A DNA stretch of 64,000 nt from Antedon mediterranea (taxonomy: Eukaryota; Animalia; Echinodermata), in contig NC_092672.1 of the NCBI RefSeq assembly GCF_964355755.1, positions 19,915,237 to 19,979,236 of the forward strand. Reading direction: 5' to 3'. Made by a program: the position numbers and the translations under genes. Position 1 is the first letter of the stretch, and every line of letters starts with the position of its first letter. Shown in pieces: positions 44,201 through 56,200 of the stretch. A model generated the notes under the pieces. It saw only the letters and a list, made by a program, of their open reading frames with translations, did no database searches and was not told the origin of the DNA.

Positions 44201-47200
44201 GGTTTTATATTTATTTGCATTAAAGTGATTGTGTTGGAAAGATGTTCTTTTTACAACTTTAAGATAGTAAAAAGATATTATTTCATCACGTGTGAATTAT
44301 GGAATTATTTTTAAGGAAAAGATAAATACAGCGTCACAATTGACATTCTTCTTTCACAAAAAAAAAAAAATTAAACTTCATGATTGATTTTTTTCCCACA
44401 GAATGGAAACCCTCCACTATATGAATACCTGATTGAAAACCCCAACCCTACTTCAGAAATTGTGATATTTCTCATTAAAAATGATGGTGCATTATTGACA
44501 TTGCTAAATAAGGTAATCTACAGAAAAATTTTTGAAATTGCTTACCAGTGGCAAAATCTGCACTGTGGTTACAAGAGTAGTACCGTTTTGATTACGATCA
44601 ATCGGGAAATTAACCTCACGATATAGATTATCTGATAAAAATACTAGAAAGTAGGAAACCTTTTGCCATTTTCCCGCTGACTGTTACATAAATAGATGTA
44701 AATTTGATGCAGAATGATAAACTTATGGGGACGGTAATTAAAAGAGCTTGACATTTATTTTGTGACATAGACAAAAGTCAGCATCTTCCGCAGACCCTGT
44801 GCACGCAAGTTTAGTGTTTGAGAAGTTTCTGCATTAGAAAGTCTAGATCTTATTAAAAAGGATAAATTAAAAATACCCAGTTAAAACCTTAAAAGAGGCA
44901 TACGAGGATGCTTGTTTATACTAATATAGCTAATGTCGAAACAACCGTTAATTTATAACAATCCACCGCTAATGTAGTAAAACCTCCAGCTGTAGAAACA
45001 CTAACAGCTTATGTTATAGTAAGTAAAAAGTCAACACCAGCTAGAATGTAGAATGGTCAACAGCTAATGTAGTAACAAAAATTGTCTCATACAGCTAATG
45101 TAGTTACTATCGCCAGCTAATATAGAAAATAAATAATTTACAAACCTGTTTAAATTTGTGCAAATGCATCTCTTTACTTAGCTATCCGTCTATCCACTTC
45201 TCGTAAGCGACCAATTATCTAAAACGACCATAAATCGTAAGCAACAATCTCTCTTAATCGACCACCTCCCGTAACGACAACCTCTCGTAAAGTAACCATT
45301 GAATGACTACCATCTCTGTAAGTGACTGCTTCTCATAATCGATCACCACTCGTAAGGGATCACCTCTCTTAAGGACCACACCTCTCTTAAGTGACCACCT
45401 CTTTCAAAAGGTCAAAACAATTGATTAACTGTGCACATATATTTATTTATCAAATCCAAACATTTAAAAGCTCACTCATATTATGGGATAAAGAGGCCTA
45501 CTTCCCATTATGGGTTTAGTGTAGTATGTGGTGAAAATTAAACACAGGAAAGCTCACTCATATTATGGGATAAAGAGGCCTACTTTCCATTATGGGGATA
45601 GTGTAGTATGTGGTGAAAATTAAACACAGGAGAGAATGCTATTCATGCTTCTACATAATAAATAGATAAAAGTTGGTTTATCCGCCAGCAGTTTTTCTTA
45701 TTGTTAGTATAGTATTACTATTTACGTTTGGATTTATAGATCTTGCCTACTACAGAACAGAGGTAGTGTTTTGGATCTGGGTGTCTATCAATTAATATGT
45801 CTTTGTAAATAGCTTGTTTAAGTAAATATTTTTTGTTTTTAGGAAGGAAAGACGCCTGAATCTATTGTAGAAACAAATATGTACATAACGAAAAAAGAAA
45901 AAATTGTGATTTTAAACTATTTTGACAGTAAGTAAAGTTTATAAATATAAATTATACTTTAATCTAAGATAGGTAAACACAGTGCAAAAGCTTTAATGTG
46001 GTACAGGTGGTCATTTGAAATTATCAATGCTACTACTATAAATTTTACAAAATTGTACTACAGAAACAAACTGTAATGTGAATATTTTTATATAAGCTGG
46101 CAGACCTTATTTTTCTGGTTCATTACAATAAGCTAAATTGGATAAATAATGTAAATAAAGCCACATGCAAAGCCAACCAAAGGATGTTTATTTTAAGAAA
46201 AATGAAGTACCTACAAATTGACAAAACTATACTTAAATTGTTTTATAACTCTGTAATTCTCAGTGTAATACTTTTTTGTAATGTTTGTTTTTATGGTAAT
46301 ACAATGCAAAAAGATAAAATTAAACTTAATCGAATAGGAAATAGAGCAATTAGACTAGTAGGAGAGCACTTACCTGATGTTGAATCCTTGTATAAAGAAA
46401 ATGTGTTAAAAAAAGTAAAAAGTATCATTGATGATGAAACACATCCTCTTCACAAACAATTTGCTCTCATGAATTCTGGCATAAGACTACGTGCACTTAA
46501 TACCAAAACAAAACGGTTTAGGTGCTCGTTTGTACCTAATGCTATACACTTATATAACTCCAGAGTACAAAGGTAAAATGTAACCGATAATTTTTATCTA
46601 ATTTTAACAATTTTTAGCCTCTTAACTTTTTGTGTGTGTTCTTGTAAATTGTATTTTATATTTTTGTATTTTGCCAGTTTTCAAATCACATTTCTGTTTT
46701 TTAAATGGACAATAAAGTATATATGACTATGACTATGACTACAAATGAATGAAACTAAATTCTCTGGATCCAGCCCAATCAATAGCATAATTGATATTTT
46801 ATTATATTAATTGAGAGTTGGTTTAATATATTTGTATTAAAGATGTGTCCCCCTGCAAAAATAATTCTTAACAAAATGTTTGTTGAATATGCCATTTTAA
46901 TGTAACATAATAGTTATCCACTTTGACCAAAAATTGGATCGGAAAAAAAAAACTGTAATTTAAAGCAAAAAATGTTGCCAATTGGTTTTTGGTTGAATTT
47001 AACCATTTATTTTGTCAATTTATAAGTGAAAACATTATTTTTTTTCATTTTTTTTCTACGGAAGTGATTATCTTTATTAAAACTATAAAATAACATAGTC
47101 AAAGTCTGATTTAATTAATCTTCATTTTTCATGTTTTTGGGGGGGACAATACATCTTTAATATTATTGTATTGCTGGTACTCGAACATAATTTAATATTC

Positions 47201-50200
47201 TTATTTCCCATGGTTCAAGTTTACCGGAGGTATTGTTAAAGTTGACGATAACTCTTGTACTGTATATGGGATGACATTTATTTTACTGTTTAATAACAAA
47301 ATACTGATAATATCAAGCATTTTTAAGGCTTACAGAGGCAGAATGAGATAACAATTTATTTTTTGTCATAATAGAATTGTTAGTTCCTGCAGAGATACGT
47401 GCCAGGGGTAAACATGCTATTAAAATATATAAAGAAGAACTTAAAACTGGTAGCATGTCTGTTGTGAATTCAAGATGTATGTTTTTAGGAAAAGAGGGTG
47501 CTGGGAAGACTAGCTGTGTAAAGGCTATGGTTGGAGAAAGGTAACAAGTAAAATTGGTATAATGTTTATAGAGTATATTACTGTACGGTATCTTAAGCTG
47601 TATTGACCATCAATAGTCAATAGTCATCAATCACATTATCTTGTGAACTGCTAAAGGAAATGTTTTATTTAATTTGAATTATTATACACTAAAGGTGACA
47701 TTGCAGTATGTTGAATATTGTGATTCTTATAAAATAATAAAAACATTAATTTTATACACTTTAATTTACTTTTAAACTTACTAATGTTCTATTCATTAAA
47801 ATTTATCAGTTGTTTTATGATTGGAATATTAAAATGCAAACCCTTTCATGATTTAGTCATTTTATACATACTATGTATGTTTCTAAAATGTACAATAAAT
47901 GTTTAACTTTACTATATAATAGATTCAATTCTGCAGAACAATCCACAGATGGAATTGTTACAACCACAGTGTTTCAAGCAAAGAAGGATTGTAGTCAATG
48001 GAAAAAGATAAAAGATGTTAATGGTGAGATAAGTAACTGAAAATGTTAAATTTTACATATTCATTATTTTGCTATAAATTTAACATTAATTTATTTTTGA
48101 TAAAATAATACTAATATTTAAATAAAAACATTCTTAAATGTATAATATAATGCCATTTACACATTGGTTATACAACAAATAACAATTCAAAATTCATTTG
48201 GCTATGCAACCATATACGGTTTGGTCTTACATTTTCAATGAGGTGATTGAAATCACCTCAGATACCAAGAATTGGAAAATTACATTCAATCTTCAAAATA
48301 TTGCTTATCGTTGTATTCCTCTCATCCCATACAACACATTGGTTTCCTAATCTAATTGTCTATTTCTTGCATTGTATAGATATTGAGCTATCAGAGCAAA
48401 TTCGTTCACATGCTTTAGGAGAAAAGGTTGATAAAAGGTTAAAAGAAGGTAGGCACAGACTAATAAAGCTTTTATAACATTTAAATCTGCATAAAAGATG
48501 TATAAATGTAGGTTGATATCGATTAGTAACACTGTTATATTGGTTTTGTTTCTGTAATTTTTTATAGAAGGCAATGTTGGAATCTGGACAAAATTTAAGA
48601 ATGGTATGTATAAGATGGTAAGAAGAAAAGAAAAAGTGAGTGACATAACTAGTGTATGGGACTACGCTGGTCAACTAGACTACTATATAACGCACAGGGT
48701 ATGTTTTCATTATTGTATTATGAATATCATTGGGTTCAGAAATAAATCAATTGGAAGCTTTTAAATACTAATAGAGCTTTATTTTCTTTTTACATGATGT
48801 GTTCTTACAGTATTGTGTACATTATTGTGAACATTTTTAACAGGGTTATTTTATCAATGTGCAACTTTTTTTTTAGACTATGCTATGTTTTTGTTGGTTT
48901 TTCTAGTTCAATTGATCTTACATGTTTCAATTACTGATTTTTTTTATCACAAGTTTTCATATGAAACATCAACAGGGGCTGAACCAGGAGAGGGGCCCAC
49001 AGGGCATTTGTACTTGTCAATATTGTCAACAGTAAAAAGGGAGGGCGGAGTGGAGTAGATGTGTGAATGAGAAGTTTAAATATATTATTTAAGCATCGTC
49101 AGTAAACAAATTAAAACAACCTCAAAACCTCAGAATACCATACCTCCACCAATTATACCAGGCCTTTCTTTCTTTCTTTCTCTTTTGTTCTTATTTCATG
49201 CAATAATGCGATGCTGAATAAAGATCAATAGGTGATCTACAATAAGCAATGCTAAAATAAGTACTTTACACATACTATTCACAATCTAATTACAACAAAT
49301 ACTATTCCTGATCTAGAAAGAAAGAAGAAGACTCATAATAAATGCAAATCACTATCCAAATGAAAAAGTAAACAGAGAGGTATATCACTTTTGAAATAAT
49401 ATCAATAATTGAATAAGTAGTATGACTGTGATGGTATTTAAAGAAATTGTATTAAATCGTAATTTATACTTACAACATTTATATTGTTTGTTTCAATCTA
49501 TGCATAAGTGTTTTTATGATTAAAATCAATATATGCAGAGAAAATGTGATTTTAAAACTGTCCTAAAATCCCATTGAGCCGAATTCCACGCCTTCCATCA
49601 TCGGAAAACATATATCAATGAAATATACACTACATTCTAACAAATAAAACAATGAATTGTACAAGTTAAACTTGAGAAGGAATTCTTTTTCGTTTAGAGT
49701 TGTACTTTTGTGGAATGGTCTTTCTGACTATGTTGTTTCAGCTAGTTCTTTAAATTAAATGAGGCTTGGATAAACCATCCATTAAAGTTCACACCGTTTG
49801 TGCAATATGACATGATAACCGTGAGGGGCTTATAAGCAATATGTTTCGCCTCAATTTCCCTCTATTCATATGACTAGAGGGATTACACGTAAACAAGTAA
49901 AAGTCATTGTAATCAAAAAAGCTTTGAATTTTAACTGCAAAAAAACACAATTTCCAACCAAAAATTGTATATTTTTTACCACTTAAAGAACTTGAACCGA
50001 TACTTGGATTTCAGTCATTAAAATTGCAAAATGATAAACATTAATTTCTTTTTGGTTAACTGAAACTTGACCTACACGCATGCACCAGTGACCTCCTGCG
50101 AGGTGAACAATGGTTGTGTAAATTCCATTTGACGTAGTGCACGCACCCCTCTTGTAAGAAATTACCACGTGTATCAATGCAAGCTGAACGATGGTGGAAA

Positions 50201-53200
50201 AACATGCATCCCTCTTACCCTAATTACCATGTGTTCCTGCCTGCATTAATGGTATCTGTTCCGATTTACAATCATATTGTTATGTATCACTCTGGCCTAG
50301 TCAATGACGACAATACGACAGGCTCATGTGTATACCAACAATGAAATTGCGCTATATTTAGACATTGACAGGGTTTGCTCACTGTCTGGGTGACAGCATG
50401 CAGCTTGTTTTTGAACGTTTAAACAAGTAGGTTAGACCTAGCCAATGGTTTTGAAATGATCATGACAACAAAACATACATAGCAATACACATCATGTCAA
50501 GTTAGTTCCTGCAACATGGGAACCACAGTCCTGGTAAGGGTCTGGTATCACAGTGTATAAAACATACATAGCAATACACATCATGTCAAGTTAGTTCTCA
50601 CAACATAGGAACCACAGTCCTGGTAAGGGTCTGGTATCACAGTGTATAAAACATACATAGCAATACACATCATGTCAAGTTAGTTCCTGCAACATAGGAA
50701 CCACAGTCCTGGTAGGGGTCTGGTATCACAGTGTATAAAACATACATAGCAATACACATCATGTCAAGTTAGTTCCCACAACATAGGAACCACAGTCCTG
50801 GTAGGGGTCTGGTATCACAGTGTATAAAACATACATAGCAATACACATCATGTCAAGTTAGTTCCCACAACATAGGAACCACAGTCCTGGTAGGGGTCTG
50901 GTATCACAGTGTATAAAACATACATAGCAATACACATCATGTCAAGTTAGTTCCCACAACATAGGAACCACAGTCCTGGTAAGGGTCTGGTATCACAGTG
51001 TATAAAACATACATAGCAATACACATCATGTCAAGTTAGTTCCCGCAACATAGGAACCACAGTCCTGGTAGGGGTCTGGTATCACAGTGTATAAAACATA
51101 CATAGCAATACACATCATGTCAAGTTAGTTCCTGCAACATAGGAACCACAGTCCTGGTAAGGGTCTGGTATTACAGTGTATAAAACATACATAGCAATAC
51201 ACATCATGTCAAGTTAGTTCCCGCAACATAGGAACCACAGTCCTGGTAAGGGTCTGGTATCACAGTGTATAAGACATACATAGCAATACACATCATGTCA
51301 AGTTAGTTCCTGCAACATAGGAACCACAGTCCTGGTAAGGGTCTGGTATCACAGTGTATAAAACATACATAGCAATACACATCATGTCAAGCTAGTTCCT
51401 GCAACATAGGAACCACAGTCCTGGTAGGGGTCTGGTACCACAATGTAAAAATGGTGAAAGTTTATTTTACAGTCTGCATTAATCTGCATGTTTGACTTGA
51501 TGAGGCATGAACAAAAGTGCTCGGAACAAAAGCAGAGCAAAATAGATAAAAAATGACTATTTATTTGCACACTAGATTACTTCATAAAAATGATAAAAAG
51601 AAGAGCTATTTTATCACCTTGATGAAACAGTACAGTATGTAGTGTGCAAATAGAATGTTGAAGTTTTTACTTGAGTCATCAAACTTTATCTATATAAAAT
51701 ATTGTAATATTATATAATTAACCATGAAAACATAATCCTTGTTAATTTCCAGTTTTTCCTGACAAATACAGTATCATACTGTGTTGCTTTCAATGTCATG
51801 GACAACTTGGATGAGCCAGCTAAACCACGGGGTTCAAAAATAGTAAGTTAAACTTTAGTACTTTAGACAATCTTGTAAACTACAAATGCTATGATTTAAT
51901 AATGTAATTTAATTTCAATATTAGTTTAAAAATATATTGTCATTGTCATTTTAGGGTCAGCTAGGAATGACTAATTTGGACATGAATTTGTTCTGGATAA
52001 GGTCCATTTATGAACACACTGTACAACATGGTTCAGCAAACACTATTTCAATTGATGGAAAGAACATAGGGTCACCTCCCATCTGTTTGGTTGCAACTCA
52101 TGTGGATAAATTGTCAGGGACAGCATCAGAAAAAGAGGAGCAGGTAAATAGTATATAAATATTAGATATTTATATCTTGTCTTTTTTTTAACTATGTCAA
52201 CATAAGCGCTCCTAGCAACTGAACACAACTGAATGCAACTATGAACCTCAACTGACTGCAACTGACAGGCGCACAACAATGTAGACATAAGCTTATAGTT
52301 ACTTTCAGTTGCCCATGTTCTATTTATACTGTAACTGAGTGAAACTGAAAATTTTTAAACGTGTCACACGTGTGATATGGGTAACGGCGACCAGTCGCAA
52401 TTGGTTTGTATATACTGGTTCCTATACAACTATGAATTGCGTTGTGCGTGTAGTAAGGTAAATTAATAGGCTCTTTAGAATTAATATTTTGCCTACAAAA
52501 GGGTTGACTGTATTAACAACCCATCAGTACAATTAGAACAAAAAAGCAGTTTGAGGTCTAATGTACATGTTTATACAATCAACTAATATAACATGAAAAT
52601 GGACCATTTAAGTTAAATATTACATGCCCTACAAAAGAATTCACATTAAAGTAGAAACACTGTTTGAGATTTTGTCATTTTCAATTACAATATGAATTAA
52701 TATAAATCAGCCTGTAACAGTTATGGAAGATTGTGACATTAGGTTGTTACATATTGTCTTGTAAACCACTGATCATGAGGATCACTGAGATCACGCAGAT
52801 TGATCTCGCTGATCATATGAGTATTCTCAGTGGATATATCATTGTCAACACTTAGCTCAGAATATGCCTGGAGGCGCAAACAAAATCCAAGATGGCGACA
52901 AAAATTCAAAATGACTGCCCATTTGATTTAAATTTTATTTATAATGCCTATTAAATGCTCTTTCAGAAAATTTTTGATTGGGTATGTCATCCTCAGAATG
53001 TATTTTGTAATTTAACATATGACTTCTAAGTCCAAGATGGTCGTCAAAATTGTATAATGCCTATTTCCTTTTTAAACTTGTTTTTTTTTAAATTTACCAC
53101 ACACATTGAATACAAAGTAAAAATATTAAATGAAATATACTATATAGATAATACAGTATATCAGCGTGATCAGTAATCATTGTGATGAGTTATCAGCGAT

Positions 53201-56200
53201 AGTAGCAATATGAATGCATTTATTAATTGAAGGTTATGCAGATGTACAAGAAAATGTTTGATAAAATGGAAGGAATGCCATATGCTCACCATGTAGATCG
53301 TGAAATGTACATGGTTGATAACACCATGAAATCACCTGAAGGTATTACAAAACTTAAGCAAAACGTTGGTAGATACATGAAGGAAATGGTGAGAGAAGTT
53401 CCAGTAAAGTGGGTTAATTTACAGGAAAGTTTGCAAAGAATTGGTGAAACAAAATTGTGTATTACGTTTGAGGAGGTAAAGTTTTGATTGTGGATTCCAA
53501 TGTAATTATATAATATGATTATTTATTGTTACGTTGTTTTTATTCCTACAGACACTAATAATATTTATAGTCCTGGCCTATCATTGAATTTTCCATTAGA
53601 TTTTCACCAGTCTCTACAAGTAATGTACTAAGTTAAGTTATTTATTTAAATTAAATTCTGTATTAGGTTTCCAAGATTGGCACTGAATGGGAAATTTCCG
53701 AAGAGGGGCTCGCCACTGCCATAGAGTATATGAATGACATTGGGATCATTTTATATTCGAGTTCTAACGAAAAACTGAAAAACACTGTGATAACAGATCT
53801 TCAAATGATGATTCAAATGGTGACAAAAGTGATCACGGTAGTTAAACCGTCTATTAAAGTGGTAGGTAGATAATGTATTTTATTATGATATTATATTGTC
53901 AAAAATGTGGATGTATAGGTGATGTTAATAATCTGTTCTTAGTAACTTGATGTGAAACAGTATAATTGTATTGATCATGTGACTGTACTGTATAAAGTAA
54001 GAATAAACTGGTTTTTTTTAATATAGAAGCAAATAAGGGTGCTGTGGAAAAGGCTAGATGAGGAAGGAATACTGGAGGAAAGACTGCTACGGTATTTATG
54101 GGAACATGAATTAGAGGAAGATCCACATCGCTTTGAAATCTTTACTGAAGTGATGAAGACATTTGGTTTGCTCTTTGAGAAATTGAAGGTAAGTTAATTC
54201 AATTCAATTTCTTTATTGCTGCTAACGCCATCAAGGGCTAATATCCACTTAAACATACTACATCATACAAACAAATACATATTTACATTTAAAATTGTTT
54301 TAAACATTTTAGATTGGCTGTCACTTAAATTAGCTTAAATGTTATACTTGTAATATTTTAATTTACAACACTTTGCTTACATCTGCAGGTAACCGAAGGT
54401 AACCGGGTATTCTTTGTTCCATCTCGAATGAAAACCGAGAAAGAGAGTCTTGAAGTTGAAACGGACAAAAAAAATATGGTTTCAATCTATCTTACACCTG
54501 TAGACTTTCTTCCTAATGCTGTCTACAACACATTGGTTGTTGCATTTCTGGACTTGATGGAGGAAAAAAATAAAGATGGCGACCAACTTGTGTCTCAAAA
54601 CCGCAGTGAATTTGACTTTAAGGATCATGGGGTCAATCTAGGCACAGTGAAAATTGAAAACAAGCATGCATTAAAGGTTTGGAAATTATTCATTTTATTT
54701 ATTTAATGTTTCAATTAAATATATTTAAAGACAAAATTGTAGATATCAAACAATGTTTTAAATGATTTCAATCAATCTTACTACTATTACACTATTACAT
54801 TTTCAATTTTATAAATAAATTGAATGCTACATATATGATGAATACAATGGTAATGTTTTGCATTTATTATTTAGCTCATTTTAAATTAACAAAGACAATT
54901 TCCTCATCAGCTTGAAATAACTCATCTGACTGAAGTTGATGGTAATGCTAGAGGCCAAATGAAAGAACCGCAGCCAAGTTTCTGCATAGAGGTAAAGATT
55001 AGCATGATATGCCTATGTGTTATTAATAACATGTTTAACACCAGCACTTGAATGTAATGATTGCCAATAAACAATGGAAATGATCATATAAACGTTTAAG
55101 TCGCCATGTACGAAACTCAAATTGCTGACTCTAATCAAAATTACAAAAGACATACTTATAATATTTTATTCTACGATATGTATATAATGTCTTTTTTATT
55201 CACACCCAAAAACTATGTAAATTCATTCCACGCTGGACCACCTAGTCGTAGGCGTAAGGTATCCCAGGAAAACTTGATACCCCAAATTGGAATTTGGCAA
55301 ACTGGCTAAATACTATATATAAACATCTTCCACCTTCTATGTAATCTTTGTTATCATGTAACACTCAGAGCCATTGAGGCACTCTGCTTAATTGTGTCAA
55401 GCACTTTTCCCTTTATGGGTTGGTTCAAGTTTTCAACCTATTATATTTTTAAATTATGTTCTACATTTTACTTGGTTTGTAGATGTTAAGATTTCTAAAG
55501 CATCAACTAGAAACTGTACTTGTCACTAGAGAAGGAGTTGGCTACAATCTATGTGTGTTGTGTACTGCTTGTAATCCAGCAGAGAAGCCTCATTTACATG
55601 ATCTCAAAAAGTGCTTGAAACTAGATACTAATAGTGTTAAATGTGGCAATGAACGCATGATGACCATTCATTTAAAGTGGCTATTTTTGGAAGGTTAGTT
55701 TAAATTTTTGATTATCAGATCATCACAATTTTCTTCAATTGCAGTATTTTTTATTTGATACCACATGTACAAAGATATTTTTCATTTAGTCCAGAGACAT
55801 CTACGAAGGCCGTTTTAATTATAGATAGGTTTTATTGTTAAAGTAATACATGGTTAAATACTTTTTTTTACAATATAATGAAAATCAGTTGACTAATTGA
55901 TTGACATTCTATGAATTCTGCAGAATATGGGGAAACAATCTCATCAGTCGCAGGTTTGTTGATGATAATACCAGATAATAAAAATGTTTTTTATGTATTT
56001 ACTAGTCCTTGCTAATGGTAGAAAATGATAACATGAAACTATCAGTATCCACCTAAGATTAAAAAAAAATGATAAACATGAAACTATCAGTATCCACATA
56101 AGATAAAAAAAATGATAACATAAAACTATCAGTATCCACCTAAGATAAAAAAAATGATAACATGAAACTATCAGTATCCACATAAGATAAAAAAAATGAT

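Noticed and set aside
46184-46576. 130-aa ORF as a host gene or exon of the Roco gene
   Set aside because: It matches a LINE RT C-terminus followed by a 3' UTR and microsatellite tail; exons G and H join in frame without it
50471-51447. CRISPR-like array of regular repeats with a hairpin
   Set aside because: The whole 89-bp unit repeats, there are no unique spacers or cas genes, and it lies in a eukaryotic intron
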